A stretch of DNA of 64,000 nt from Octopus vulgaris (GCA_951406725.2 OX597822.1:108934001-108998000); one strand, 5' to 3'; counted from the stretch's first letter, positions 23,771 to 40,511 are shown. A program made the numbers and translations. Notes: generated by a model from the letters alone, not told the origin.

Positions 23771-25093
23771 CGCTTTTGTCCTGCCTTTCTTCCGTCAATC
23801 TGTACATAACTGCACCTTCCATTTTTTGTGGTTTTTGTATTGCCTAAATTCACGTTTCTTTCCTGACAAGCTTACTATTTAAACCGTGTTCGTGTTCTCC
23901 CAATCAACAGCCTTATCATTATTGGTACTTTAAACTCTTCGGTTGCATATTTTTGTGAATAAAATCGTTTTTCTTTGGAATAGAAAAAACTCTATTTTTA
24001 TTTCTTCTTTTACTAGAGTCTCAAATTTAGATTAAATCAGTGTTTCTCAAAGGGGAGGCCTATGGGACGGTCGGACAAGTCGCTTTGAGAAAATTTTGTT
24101 TAAATGCTGCACAACTCCGCCCCTCTCCATTCGACGGGGGGCGTTTTGTTCGTATATATATACGATATGTTCGTATATCAGGAGAGAGAGAAAAGAGAGA
24201 GAGAGACATACAGACAGACAGAGACAGACAGACAGACAGACAAACAAACAGGAGGGAAAGAGAAAGGAAACTGGGAGGAGAAAAAATTATGTGGATAAAA
24301 ATGAAAACCAACCTGGATTCGTAAAGAAAATAACTAGCAGTTTTACACTTATAAAATTAAAAGTGGCACTACGATGTCCAGGGGGAAATTATTTTTGCTG
24401 CCTATAGATTTGGCGTGGACAGTAAGTATTATTTCCGTAGGTATTAGCTATGTATATTTGATAAAATGTACTGTTGCGACCTTTGTAATATTTTAAAATC
24501 CACAAAGTTTAAAAAGAACCAGTACGGAATAGCTTAGATAACTGAAAGTATATTTTAGAACGTTTCTTTGCCTTTCAACTATATATTTACATTAAGTAAG
24601 ACGCGAAGACAATTATTTTCATCTAATTTGATTCGGTTACTTATATTCTATTTTTATTCAGACACAACACTATTTAGAATATCTACAAATGTGTTACTTA
24701 ATGTCTCCTGTATATCGGAGGTGATAAATCTCATCTAACCATGTGACTGGCTGTGCGTACACGCTTTGATATAGCTCAACTGGGGCGACAGGCATTTGGC
24801 CTTCTCGCGTGCCACAGCTGCAGCGATTTTCTTTTCCCTTCGACGTAAAGTCTTTTTTAAGCAAAGTAATTCCATAAGAGGTGCTATCTTTGGTTAAGCA
24901 CTACAGTAACGTGCCGTTCTCCGATGTATATGCATATAGCTCTTAGACTCAGAGACTGCTTATATTTCACAGGCCTGATATATATATATATATATGATTA
25001 ATAATATTTACTGAATCTCGTTTTTTTATGCACTAAACCACTGGTGTTAAATTGATGTTATCAAATTAATATCCAATTTTCTCACCCTCATAT

Positions 25094-25140
<47 letters not shown>

Positions 25141-28100
25141 GTGTGTGGTAGAGGGGAGAGTATATTTAGAGAAAGAACGCATGCAGCTAGTGAACACTGC
25201 ACATTTTCTATATAACCGCCGGGAAATATCACAGTGTAGATTATGTGTACTGAGTACGCATACGGCAAGTTCTCATGAATATAATGTAGTAAGTTGCGCA
25301 TTATAGAGCACACGAAAATTTCATTCAGTATTGTCGACAAACACCTTTTTTCATAAAGTTTCTTTAGTGGCGTGTTTGAGTTTGATCATGTAAAGATTTA
25401 ATTGCAGTGAATCGCTTCAGTAATAATATAGTCTCTGTTAATTACATCGATTTAAGATGACCTTCCCTTGGAAACATTTTCTTAATGTACTGTATAATTC
25501 AAGGATTTTATAATGGCATTGAAATGCATTTTATAACACTGTTAAGGATGTTGACCGTTTGATACCCTTGTTCTATCTCGCCATCAAATATTTGCTAAGA
25601 GATATCTTTGCATTTCAATGGAACCGGATGACCGAACTATCATATCTGATCTTGTTACCGGATAATATGCATGCCTGACATGTTTCCTTGAAACCTTTTC
25701 AGCGGGAAATATCGTTTTATCAATTAATTTTGTAGCTTTTACAAGAGCATTTCATATGAAAATGGAAAAAAAAAAACATCGTGGCAGTGCATCGCAAAAT
25801 GTTATTGTGAAGATAATTAAGAGGTTTGAAACAGGTAAAATGTTCAACTGCGTAACAAATGGTGACGGATTTTGCTGTTTGCGGGTCCAAATTGCTTCAA
25901 GTAAAGATTTAGCATTCTATGATTTGTGTTATTCAGTTCAATGCTTGATGATATTGGAGGTAATCGAAAGTTACCATTGATCAAGTAGATCGATAATCAA
26001 AGCCAGTCCCCTTATGTCAGTTTCCCATTATCTTATTCTTATGGGGTTCTATGACTTTATTATTCAACCGACCCAACTTTACATATATAGTAGTGTGTGA
26101 CGAGAGAGATTTAGCTGCTATTACCTGAAGATCAATCGGCCATGTCGCGTCCCCCTTTTCGTCTTGTGTTCATTGAAGTTTCTTCAAAAAGCGACTAAGC
26201 CATTGAAATCAAGTAAAACAGAAGAAAATCTTTATAAAATTACAAGATTACATTCTGTCACGGAAGTCAACATAACAATCTTCCATTTTTTACTGATAGC
26301 ACCACCTTAGATGTAGTATCCGAAATCAATATGTTATTAGTGCTCAAACAAGGGCAGCGTTTCTATGTGGCTTTCGACATTAGTGTTTGTTGTTGTTTAT
26401 GATGTTGGCGGTGATGCTTAGCTACAGATAAAATCTAATTCAGCAAAACAATTTTGAAAGCCATTTCAGCCTTGATCATTTAAGATGTGCGCCAGCATCG
26501 CATGCTGTTTCACTGGGAAAAGAAACTAATTTCCCTTTTGCTTCATTTATTAATAGTGGTTCTCGAATTACATAATCCAATAGGTCCTTCAGTATAATAC
26601 AGATTTTAGTGTGGTTCACAACAGAGGGGGGCTGTTATTTATAGAGATTTAAATCTTATAAGGTATCACCTTCACAGTTGACAATGACATAAGAATATTG
26701 TAATACAGATCCAACAATGTGTGGTAATTATGATAACTTTGTCCTAGATGCACTGTGTCTGAAACAAACACTCATCAAGACCACAAATAAGATATGAAAT
26801 TTGATGGTGCCCGACTATCTCTAGCCTAGAAATAACCAAACGATGCTATATGTAATTCATGTATATTGCTAAATGTTGGAGACGATTTCTGACATTTGTA
26901 TCACCGGAAAAGCGCAACAATGACCAAAATATACAAGTGTTTGACATGTTCTCAAAATCTTTCACAAACGTATTACATATGGTATTGAATTGACAGAAGT
27001 AATATTTATTAGAAGGTAACTGAATAATTATGCAAATTAAGATATATAAATTTAGAGTGTAAATGCGTGGGAATGGATACAAAACTGGTTAAATACGCAG
27101 TAAAGTACTCCTGGCAAAGAAGCTATATACTTCAGTTATATGTGTATATGTATGTTTGTGTATATGTGTGTGTGTATTTGTGCGTTTTTTGTATTTGTTT
27201 GCATGAATGATGAATGTAAACATAACAAAACTACCTTTACATGATGAGGTTGAACACTTCCTCATATATAGTTATGCCTTAAAGGTTTCCTTTGAAGATG
27301 CACCACAGCATATCAAAAGAAATATGAACAAAATGTAGTTCAATGCCCAACTTGCCACACTAATCTTGCTGTCTAGTACTGCTCTTACAACTAGATTAAC
27401 AAGATTGAATTACTACCTATAACTTGTCTCACTATACTGTATTCTACTCCAGGTAAAATGGATACATTTGCAAATGGTTTAATCTAAGTAGTTATAAACA
27501 TATAACACTTAGTTCATTTTTCCTACAATTTTCAAGCGCTAACTTACTAAGGAAATCTTCAGCAAAATATTGACAGGAAATACTTGGACGAGATACATGA
27601 TTTCTGCCTGGTAGACTAGTTTGTATTTGAACCATTACAAAAGTTCATTAACTTTAACAAATCAAAACTTAGCTTTATAAAACTCATGCATTTAAACATT
27701 TGTGTTAAATACAGTATTAATTTAAGTAGGTAATAATAGAATTAAATGCATCTGAATTACTGATCAATTTGGAAGTGTATCGTATGTTGGGCGACGTATG
27801 TTAATACATTTGATAAGAAGTTCTTATGAGTTTTCAAAATATAATTACATATTATAGAGACCTATACGACTGACCGTCTTTATGCAAAGATATATCAGAC
27901 ACGGAATTAATTATTGAGAGACAAGAAGTGATAAGTAGAGAAGGTTTACAGAAGCTGAAATATTGAATAAATACATCCTTCACTAACATTAGCATTGATG
28001 TATCTTTAATAACTCTTTGAATAGAAACTCGGAAGATTGTAGTATAATGGACACTTCGTCTGGAAGATATAACGTTATTACAATGCATTTAAACATTTAT

Positions 28101-28550
28101 ATTTATAATATCTTTCGGCTTAGACGTATTAGAGAAGATGCGAATCTCTTGGAACACCGGATCAATGCTATACTTAATTAGTTTTATACCTTCATATTAT
28201 GAGTTCCGATCAATCAAGGGATCCAGCTTTAGTTTCCATTCATCTAATGATAGGGGTTTACGATTGCTCTGTATCGATTAGCTCCAAAGTTAAAGTATTA
28301 TGATTACAGGTACCCGGACATGGCCATCCTGGATTTGTTTCAGTGATAGTGTGTCTAGAAAATATATTATCCACCCTATTACCATGTCAGCTTATGTATA
28401 AGGTAATTTGAGGAAAATTTGGCTTTTATTATTGGCTTTTATAATTAGGGCCTACTTTGATGGATCAAAATATCCCTGTTTGATAGAATCAATTAAATAT
28501 GTGGATTTAGGTGGGTATGACCATATTATACGCATATCCGTTACACTGCG

Positions 28551-28594
<44 letters not shown>

Positions 28595-28661
28595 AAAATC
28601 GAACTTTACAGAAAAGCAAAAGTCGAAACAGGTGTAAAAACAGCAGATGTATTAGTTTGAA

Positions 28662-28702
<41 letters not shown>

Positions 28703-29869
28703 GGGGTGTGTGGCGGGGTTTCTATGTATATATACATATATATATATGTATATAGGTATATATATGCATGCATATTCTACTACAGATTTAGGAATCGTGC
28801 GTTGTTTTACATTATAAATCTTTAAACTTCACGTAAGAAAAGATGTCTCTACAATTTATTTGAACCTATTTGTTGTAAATTATAAAGATTTCCTATGAAA
28901 ATAATGTAGTAAGTAACGTGATGTATGGGAAAATGAAAACGTATAGTTTCCTCCTGATTTTTTTACGCGTTATATTCTTTCATTTTGTATATATTTTGCT
29001 AAATTTAATTTTGGGCTTCCAGTGGACAAAGAAAATATAACCTCTTTCAATGTTGTTGTAAAATACAAATATATTTATATTAAAAGTGTTTTCAGGTTGT
29101 TGATTTCTGTTATTGTTTTTCTTTCAGAGTTCTGAGTTTTTCGGAATAAGTTTTCTTAATCTTTATTTCTTGGTTAAAAATTTCCTGTCAGCTCTATATT
29201 TGGTTCTGATTTTCTTTAGTTTCTTTTATATTTCATTCTTATCTCCGGAAGTTAAATATAATAGTGGTATCCACTTATAAATATTTTGTTTTGGCCTGTT
29301 TCTCACAGGCTGAACTTGAATCAACAGAACATTTCTTACCAAGTATGGGGATCTTTAAGAAATAATATAAATTTCTTTGTCATTCGCTGTAGCATGTCTA
29401 ACGTTTATTAACTACAACCTAGAACTTGGTAACATCTCTATACACATTCAAATTAATTCGTCGCACCTTATAGCTGAGTCCTGTTGTAGATTAGATTAGA
29501 ATAATTAACGCCAGGCTGAGAAATGGTAGAAATAAAATGCCTTCTTGTGATATTCATATGATTGGCATTAATTTCATAATTGACTTTTATGTCGTTATCT
29601 GAAATATTATTTACCATCTATTCACAACGCAATTGATGTATCAAATTTTTTGCGATGCTGCCCTACATCTATATCCAGGATCTTCACCTGGTGCTCAGTA
29701 GCAAAATCCCTTTGATAATTATCCCAATAATGTTCCCGGTATCGTTGTTTTTTTTTTTATTTTCAATTTTTTTTTTTTGTAATTAACATCGTCTTTCTTA
29801 TCTCGATTTGTTTTAACGCTTGGAAATTATAGTCTTGAACACTTACATAAATATTTCTGGAAATCAAAG

Positions 29870-30080
29870 ATGGCCTAGTGGTTAGGGCAGCGGACTTGCG
29901 GTCGGAGGATCGCGGTTTCGATTCCCAGACCGGGCGTTGTGTGTGTTTATTGTGCGAAAAAAAACACCTAAAAGCTTCACGAGGCTCCGGCAGGAGGTGG
30001 TGATCCCTGCTGTACTCTTTCACCACTCTAAAAGGCAGTGCTTCAGCATGGCCGCAGTCAAATGACTGAAACAAGTACCA
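29870..30080 (+). mobile_element. tRNA-headed SINE with an OK-like tail
   Basis: Box A tggcctagtgg and box B ggtttcgattccc. The 3' end agcatggccgcagtcaaatgactgaaacaagta is identical to the tail at ~14896-14926. Confidence 0.75.
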
Positions 30081-33000
30081 AAAAAAAAATATATGAAGAT
30101 TTGTTATTAAATCATCCATGTACTTGAGATCTATACAGTTTGTAAGGAACCATTGAGACCTAATTTAGTATGTTCAATAATAACTGAATAGTTACTGAAT
30201 TGATACTTTTAGTAGATATTATCTTCGACATAGTTGGACATCCTTTCCTCCACGTGATTATTTTCTCGTTCGACCAATAAATTGCGATATCATACTATTG
30301 ATATAATATAGTAATATAGTGAAGAAATTGATATATATATACATGCAGACATACATACGCACCTACGTACGTATGTATATATGTATGTATATATGTATGT
30401 GTAACTGAAGTATTTGCAAGGAAGTACGTTGAAATAGACTGCAAGGAGGGAGAACAGAAGAACAAACAAAAATGAAGTCGTTACTCAACATCCGGTATAA
30501 TAAGCCTTAAAGGTAATAGTCCTTTGTTTTGTAAATCTTCTTTGTTTACATTACAATAACTATAATCTAACCAACTTCATTGTTATTTGAGCTTAAGTAA
30601 TTGTGGTTTGATGAAGTTGTTATTATAAAAGCAGGTATATTTTCATCAATGTAATTCTTTTACGTATTTCAGTACTTCTGCTCAAAGTTCGGCATTTAAT
30701 GAGTTCTATCTCAGTAAAGTTTGCCTAATTAAGCCCTGTTTCGAAAATAAATTACTGTTACCTCTTAGATCAATATCTTATCGGTGAAAACTAAAATAGA
30801 ATAAAATTAAATACTTAACGACCCGATGTATCATCTGTGAATAGAATCCTTCTTGACGCCTTTTCACTTGACATGTGACGTTAATGCCTCTGGCAAGAAA
30901 GAAAATGTCACATTTTCCTATTCTCATTCCCTAATTAAAATCTTAATTGTGATTTCTTATTTTTTCTGTAACTTTGTCTTTCAGCAATTAAATCGCGGCT
31001 TTATTCACTGCAGATCAATATATTTAGTGTTAGGGCCACTGTAGCCAGTCTAACAAATAAACCCGTTCAATAGAGAACGTAAAAGAAAGCTGACGCATAT
31101 GAACACTTGAAATGACGTACACCACGTTATTTTATATTTAAAACACTGCCTTCAGGGTAAGGGTATAGGATCAACTCGAAAGATATGCAATACGTCGAAT
31201 TCTTAGACGACTATAAATGAGAATGGTTACAGAAAATGTGTGGTGGTGGAATATCAGAAAGGAATTTTAGCACTTTATCGTCTTTTTATTATTTATTTTT
31301 ATGTTCTTTTCTTTATATTTGTATTTCTATGTTTAATTTCTTTTTTACATATTTATCAATCAATAATTTTCAAAAAAACTTCGATGTTGCACAAGGTCAT
31401 TCATTTTTTTTATTGGAATTATTTTTCCCAACGCAGTCTTTGTATTTATTTTGGAATCTGATATTTCTTCTCTTTTTTGTTATATTTTTTCTTTCTTTTC
31501 ACATCTGACTGTGTGACTATAGTTATAAACCAGTTCATGATAAAATGATAAAATTCTAACACTTTGACATTAAATGCTGTTTTCTATCGAAGTTAATTCT
31601 GCAGAAATGTCCGTGTTTGTTCAACTAGTCTTCTTCCTTGTAACAAATGTTATCTTTTAGGAGTTATTTCACTCTAAAGACAAAAGTTTATTTAATAGCA
31701 ACAATGAAAAATTGCTGAAATGTGTTGTTCCACGGCAAAACAATCATATAAAAAAACAAACGCACAATAAACAGAAGAAAAATATCCACAACAAGTTAAA
31801 GAAAAGTGGTGTCAATATTGTTAAAAAGATAACTGTTTGGCTGACAATTGTTATCAATGTATCACGACTGTATAACTGTTTATTGCTTATACACAATAGA
31901 TGTAGATACCACAGACATACCGTCACTTCCTTATATATAGTATTCCTTCTCTCTCTCTCTCTCTCTCTCTCTATTTCGATTTCTCTCTCTGTATGTCTTT
32001 TCTCTCGCTCTTTCTCACTCTGATCTCTCTCATTAACTTTCTTGTTTTGTCTGCAGATATCTGTCATGGCTGCAAAATATCAATTGTTTTCAAATGAAGT
32101 TTTACAAATGAAAACGAAATGTATAACAATCAATCTCAACACTAACGTTTCGTGACAGTATTATTTGTTGTGAAAGGAAATAATTTTAATTCGGTTGTCT
32201 CCTCCAACGATAGGCTACCCCCACTCTGCGGCAACTTATCTGAAGCTTTAATTGTTCTCCTGACGTAAACAATACATCATTCTCTTATTTATGTTCCCTG
32301 AAATATCAGAAGAGTCAGTAACCCTTGGTATATACGTATATTTGATTCTCATTTCGACATTTAATGGATGGACGGTGGCTGCTAGACAGGACAGACAGAT
32401 ATCCTTCGAATAAACTCTTCCCCAACCATCTTGGAAACGGAACGATACAACGTCTTTGATATACACTTTTAGAAATAATACCCAAGAAGCATTCAAATCA
32501 CTTTGGCCGTCTCCGGGGAAAAATCAAATTTCCTAAGCAGAAAACACTTGAATGAAAAATAGAAAAATGAAAAAGTAAGAATGTTAACTGCTAGAATAGT
32601 ATATTTTTTTTTTAGAAGAGGTTGATTGAGGTTGACAGGAGTTAAATACAACATCAGAAGCGAAGATAAAAAAAAATAAAATGAAATAAAATAAAAGATG
32701 AAATTTAGAATCAACCAAGCTTTGAACGATTCCTAAAATATATGTGACATAATATAATTGACAACCTGTGGGCCGCTGTTCATAGGTTTACGTGCTTTGC
32801 ATCACTGCAAAATAATAGAGATATAACTGTGTTGTCGATATACTTTTGTTCCGAGGAGGCAGACATCATTAACGACGTCTCTAGGTATTTATGACTTTAG
32901 AAACCCGAGGTAAACACTCCTTCTGCACTGCAAACTTCCAAGAAACTTACCATGATATCGACATAACAATCGATTCTTCATATCCGGTCAAGTCTTCTTG

Positions 33001-33195
33001 ACCGACTTATTTACATCTCGAGTGTTAAGTGGATTTTTTTTCCATTTGCAACTATGACAATGTTGAATGTTGATCATCTATATTTTGCCTTCAAAAGAGT
33101 CGTTGTTATGCAACCCATACCTAGTACTGACTCGTCCAAACCAGGTTATACGTGCAATAATTGAAGTGAAAGACTTGGCGCTGAACTTCAACATA

Positions 33196-33520
<325 letters not shown>

Positions 33521-33701
33521 GGTGCTGACGGGACCATTAATGTGTCGGACAAAATGCGCTGTTTCTTTATTTCTTCCTGGTTTTACGTGTATCTGTGTAA
33601 AACTTGTAACAACTTAAAATTAAGGACAAGGATTAGACAATAACATTGAGAAAGAATTGTTTAAGATTATATACATACACACAGGCGACATTTCAACCAT
33701 C

Positions 33702-33742
<41 letters not shown>

Positions 33743-34614
33743 TATATCATATAAAATTAAAAAACTTGTCTAAGGAATAAATTCATTGATATGTCAGTAG
33801 ACAATCATGCAACGACCTGATTCTAGACTTTCAGAAACAGAAGCTATTTCTGATATTCTTAATAACAGAACGAATTTGACATTTCCGTCCACTGAACCAA
33901 ATAAAGATAGTGAGTAGTTAACCAAACAAATGCACTGCGTTGAAGTATGTCGAATCTCTTAATATTAGGAAGAAAATATTAATTCGTTTATAATATAACC
34001 TAAGTGCTACACCTGCATTTGAGAATTAGGTATTATAGCATGATATTAGGTTATCGGAGAAGCAATTGGTTGAATTCAGTGTGAGCTTGATGCACAAGGA
34101 AACACGTAAGTGGTTCGTACTTTATCAACACCGGATTTATAGTATTTCAGACGATACAACTGATGCTAAATGTGTCTACATTACAAATAGTTCGCTTCTC
34201 AAACATTTGGGTTCGTTATGAAATCCACTGAGCGGCGTCTTGGGGAAATGTACACTGCTGCAGAAATGAATCAACAAATAATTTTCTCATATATGTATAT
34301 GTGTATTTATGCATGTGTGGTAACGATTGATCATGGGGAACTCAGCGAAAGTTTATCTCGTAGGTATTTTTCAAATAGTGTGTGACTAAGGATTTTAAAC
34401 CTGGAGGGGCTTATCCTTTCCCAGGTGAAAACGAAGCCGACATCTTTTTGAGTAAAAATGTTAAAGACCAGAAGTAAAATGGATAGGAGAGAAAGAGAAT
34501 TCATGAAGAATTTACCTCTCTACTTGAGTGGAACATTATTCATCGACCACGAAAGTACGAAAGATAAATTTCACATCAGAAATATTTGAAATCATCGCAC
34601 ATATACATAATCCT

Positions 34615-34795
34615 TGCCACTAAAGGAACAAGGCCTGAAAATTGAGAGAAAGGGCTAATCGATGAAATCGACATTAGTGCGTAACTGGTACTCAATTTAT
34701 CGACCCCGAAAGGATAACAGACAAAATCGAATCAGCAGAATTTAAAACCAGAAAGAAAAGATTTACGAAATGCAACTAAGCATTTTGTCAGACGT
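34615..34795 (-). mobile_element. Degenerate monomeric SINE of the Nin/Deu-core family
   Basis: Contains aactggtact..tttatcgaccccgaaaggat, the reverse complement of the core seen at 41020-41060 and 43465-43500. Confidence 0.6.
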
Positions 34796-37063
34796 CAATA
34801 TTATTAACTAAAGAGTCGATGACGGTTGACGGTACCCCTCCGTGTCAGCATTATAACATTCGTCGTATATCTATGATTATATTGCGTCCGTTTCATTAGG
34901 ATGAGGCATTATGATTTAAGTAAGTCCATATGTCGAGAATCTGAGCGACCTGATTAGAAATACTTTTCCCCGTTCGATCACAACTTGATTAGAAATACGT
35001 TTCCCATTCTATCACAACTTGATTATCAGAAAGTCTTTTACGTTTCGAGCGTACGCTCTTCGATAGAAAGGAACACAGAAATAATGTGAGAGAAAATTTT
35101 TTTTTAATGGTTTAGTGGCTAGCGATCTATCATGGCGAATGCCGGACAGAGGGATCACACAGGAGAAATAGGAAGAAGGGGAGATAATAAAGTCGTGGTG
35201 ATATCAAAACGAAGGTGCGAGTGCATGTGTATGTGAGAACGTGTACATGCGAGTAGAAGGGGGAGCTGGTGTCCTTGACGTGTGCGTGTCTGCATGTGTA
35301 GGTGTGTATGATGGTGTTGGTGCTTGAAGTGGTTAGTTCTAGTGTGTGCGGGGTGGTATGATGCGGTGTGGTGTGGTGGTGTGTGGTGTGGTGGTGTAGT
35401 GTGTTGGGGATACGATAGTGTGGGAAGCAAGGTGGGCTGTAAGGAATGGGTGGGGTGGGATAGGATGTATAGGGATGGTGGGGTTGGAATGTGTAGGTGG
35501 GGTATGAGGGAGGTAGTGACGATGAAGAGAGAGGGTGGGAGGCAGAATGTTGTTAAGTGTGAAGAAAAATTTATATGCGAAGAGTTTGCGAAGATTTCTT
35601 TTATGCGAAGATTTACTTAGTAGTCCAGTAACATAGAAGTAACGCGCTTATTCAAGGTTTTCGAGATCTATATTGTACCTACACGTTAATTGTTGCTATA
35701 TTTATTCGATGTGCATACCTTCTTCTTCAGATTGCCTTAGTGTTGCATGAGTTTATCAAAATGTTAAGGAGTAGAAAAAAGATGTCTAACATTCTTGCTG
35801 CGTTCCATTTTTGTACCACACCATAAGATATTTAAGTTTCTATTTGATATCGTGCTTCTCAGAGAATTATGGTAACTAAGATAAAACGTGAAAGAAACAA
35901 ATCCAATTCCTATTTCATGTTTTCGTCTATTAAATATTTCCTTTGTGTCTTTTTGGTAAAAGATACATTTATTTCAGGAACAAATTGAAGATGCCTGAAG
36001 TTTTATGTTGTATTTCAGTAACATGATATTTTCAATTTGCTTCTTATTTACTTAATTGAAAATATGTTTTTTGCCATCATTTCTTTTAAATTTATTTCCC
36101 ATTTTAACTTGAGGTAAATACGAAATTAAAGAATTTCTCGTGATTTCATAAATTCTCTGTTGATTGCATAAGAACTAAAACCGAAATTACAGATCCAATT
36201 TTCCTTTTAAATCTTTTAGAATTGAGAAAATATCAAGAGAAAAAATGAGATGTTTGGTAAACCTTTTGCCAACAGTAAAGGGAATAAAGATAGAATCAAA
36301 TAATTTCTTTCGCAAACAAGCGTTGGGGAAATTACGCAAGAGTCGTAATAATATCAGTCCCGTACTCTGAAAGATGCATTGACGGTTATATCGCATAGTT
36401 TATCGACATAAATTTCCTCTGGAACAATGGGGAAAATATCTTTGTTGCAACTTTTTAAAATAGCTTGTGCTTATCAATTGAGAATTAAACTAAGTAGTAA
36501 TAGATTTGTACCCAAAACCCATTCGTTTACATAACTTGTGTACGTTATATGGGTGAAATCCTTTAAGCTATTACTAGGATGAGTTGGGAGTGTTTGATAA
36601 ACAGCCTCACAAAATAGAGCTTGTTTTGGAAGCGTTATTTTCCTACTGTAAAAGTTACATAAACTAGGAATGTACAATTGTGAACAAATTTTTCTAGCTC
36701 TTTAGCGGTCTGATTTGGCTTGTTTCAAGTGGTATATGTGTTCTAATAGAATATTTTTTAAAATGTTTAAATATTCGAGAAGCGATGACATAGAGATTAT
36801 ATACTTTCGGACTATTAATTCAAATATACTTTTCTACTCGAAAGCACAATGCCCAAAATGTTTGGGGAGGGGGGCCGTCGATTAGATCGACACAAGTACG
36901 TAACTGATACTTAATATATCAATCCCGAAAGAGTGAAAGGTAAAGATGATGTCTAGATCTCAAAAGCAAAGTTAGAATGGAATAGTAGTTAATTCGTATG
37001 ATTTCTAAATAGGAGCAAATAAGAAATAATACTTATTGACCAAAGAAAAAGAAAAGTTATATA

Positions 37064-37120
<57 letters not shown>

Positions 37121-37991
37121 GCGTGTGTGTGTGTCTGTGTGTATGTGTGAAGGTACGTGTAAGTATTGAAACAGAATGAAAAAAATATGAGAGCAAATAG
37201 AAATAATATAAAGGAGATTTTACACAATAATGAGTTGAAGAGATTTCTATAAATATTGTAACACCAGTGAAAAGTGTAAAACTTTTAATAGATAAAAGCA
37301 AACGCAAATTATTTTCTTTAATATGAAAAAATCAACTTTACTTATTAGTAACATCATACGCATTTCATTCAAAATATATTTCCATGGATATTGCAAATTA
37401 GAAAGAAGAATTCTGAATATATATAGGGTACTTGAAACACTTTCAGGAACAACTCCAATCGATTGAAGAATTTTGAAAGATATTACGGCTAAATTACTAA
37501 AGTATATTTACTTTATATCCACGTTTAATCTTCCACGAATTAACTTCTTTTTCGAAGATATTTGGAAATAAGTTGACTTATATAATTCAAGACGAAATAC
37601 CATTACAAAGACTATAAAACAGACTGGCAAGCAAGAATATCCAGGTAATAAACAAGAGATTTTTTCCATATTATATCGATAACCGCAATATCTTAAGATG
37701 TGTGGCAACTTCATCTATTAATCTCTTGACGTGTTGTGAAAGAACAATGGTATTTTCTTGAATCCCAGAGCCTAAACAGACACGTGGGTGGTATGTCCAA
37801 GCTAATAAATGATATCTCTGCAAATCCTAAATAATAACGTTCACTGCTGCTCGTCAGTTTCTCTTAAACTTAATATACCAATATTTTGTAGATGTTATAA
37901 GTGGCTATGTCACAAATATGATCATTAAAATTCTAAGGAAGCTGAAGCTCACATTTAAACAACCGCTCACATACGTACATACACACACACT

Positions 37992-38031
<40 letters not shown>

Positions 38032-38090
38032 TATACATACATTCTCACGCGCGCACACATACACACTCACACATACACACATAAATATTC

Positions 38091-38130
38091 ATAGATAGAT
38101 AGACATATAGATAGATAGATAGATAGATAT

Positions 38131-38167
<37 letters not shown>

Positions 38168-38168
38168 C

Positions 38169-38266
<98 letters not shown>
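38091..38266. repeat. (AGAT)n tetranucleotide microsatellite
   Basis: Directly visible. Confidence 0.98.
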
Positions 38267-38267
<1 letters not shown>

Positions 38268-38811
38268 AAAGCCCATGCCTGTGTGATCATAGATATACAC
38301 ACAAATAGGCAAATGTGACGTGTTATCAGAGAGTTGGATATGGTTCTTGTGGTTGCTGTTTTATATCTGCAGAAATGTTCTGTAATCTCAAATGCCAATT
38401 TTCAGCTCATTCTTTCGAGTTCGGTAAATTACCAATCACCTACAATGGTTTAGACTGCCTACCAACGCATTTGTCTGTCTGTGTGTGTCTCTCTATGCAT
38501 CACACTCCCTTTGTCCCTACCTTTCTCTCCCCCTCTACATATTTCTGAAAGGAATATTTTGTAAACAGCTCCTAAAAGGGATCTACTCGTCAAATCTGCA
38601 AATAACTAGGTGAGACAGCTCTGTTTTCTGACTGGACCACCGCGTCTAAGTCTGGATATAAAGCTCAAAACGTTTACATAACGTATCTACACACATGTGT
38701 ATGTATATGTTTAAATATATACATATACATATATACATGCGTGTGTGTGTGTGTGTGTGTGTGTGTATAATTTATCGTTAATGTTGGTATACGTATGTGT
38801 ATATATATGTG

Positions 38812-38888
<77 letters not shown>

Positions 38889-39380
38889 GCTTCTGATATA
38901 GGATAAAACGTTTTATCAAAAATTTCATATGGCCAGCATCTGAATATACCTTTTAAGGTGACAATTATAAACAATTATAAATAAAAGCAACAAAAGAAAA
39001 TTATATACAAATATGCTGAGAAATAGACTTTATATGATCAATCACCTCATACAATATTTTCTACTATTAATACACAGCCTATTGGAAACGAGGAAAGGAA
39101 GCTAACAGATCTTTTTCAAAATTTCGTTATCATCGAATCGGACCGATTTTTGGATTAATAGATACGGAACTTTACCTTCATCAGCGGAGAACACGATAAG
39201 AAATAAATGGGATACTTACTTATAACTATGGCAAAAAACAGATGCAAAACCACGAGTACGTTGAAGTGCCACAAATGTATCCAAATAGAAATTCTGTAGC
39301 AAACCTAGTCACACGTGTAATCGGTCAGGAAACTCACGTAGAGTGCGTTTAACTCCCGGAGTGAAAGGTAATGCATACGT

Positions 39381-39466
<86 letters not shown>

Positions 39467-39808
39467 AAATGGCTCCCAAATAAGGAAGCTTAATGCTACA
39501 GACACAAAGAGGGATACATTCATGGAGTGAGTGAAAATCAAAAACATTTACCATTAACGATATATCCCGGATTGATCAGTTTCTACCTCTTTCTAGCAAA
39601 TCAGACAGAATATGTTTGCCAAGGCAAGGTTCGTCACCGGGTCGCCTTCCTAATTCTAGATGCACAGAGCGTTAGACCACATGTCGATCTAATAATTTGT
39701 ATATCTTAACTTTTCAATCTCTGCACAGACGCAAAATATACCCAACGAGATAGGGCATACCGGTAAAAAGTTTTTACGAACAAATTTATCAAGTAATATG
39801 TGAACATG

Positions 39809-39871
<63 letters not shown>

Positions 39872-40073
39872 CTATAATATATATTTTAGAGACAAAACCA
39901 CTATTATGCAAATCAAACAAAGAAACGATCGTAGTGGATATCTTAATTATATTTAATTTATATAATTTTTTTTATGTATTGAGATTAAGTCTTCTTGTTG
40001 TTTGATTTGCATAATACCCCACTTTTGTATGGTTAATACCATATATTATATTTTACTATAAAATTGGGTTCAA

Positions 40074-40121
40074 TCCTAAATCTGATTTTCATGTAAATTT
40101 GGATTTATTCACTTAATATTT

Positions 40122-40189
<68 letters not shown>

Positions 40190-40429
40190 AGTGTGTGTGT
40201 GTGTGTTGTGTGTGTGTGTAATGTGTGTATGTATGTATGTGAATGTGTATATGTATCTATTGTATAACTATGAAACATATCTAATCATATGGCAATATAT
40301 ATTTGTGTATAGATGTATTTGTGTGCATATATATATATATATCTGGATGTGAGTGTATCTATATCATACTTCATTAAAAATATCCTAAATCTGATTTTTC
40401 CCTGTAAATTTGGATTTATTCCTTAATAT

Positions 40430-40511
<82 letters not shown>

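Noticed and set aside
24038-24092. hAT-like mini TIR pair (cagtgtttctcaaa / tttgagaaa); a hAT-like end also at ~52405-52435
   Set aside because: The matches are short, the right TIR is incomplete and no 8-bp TSD was found.
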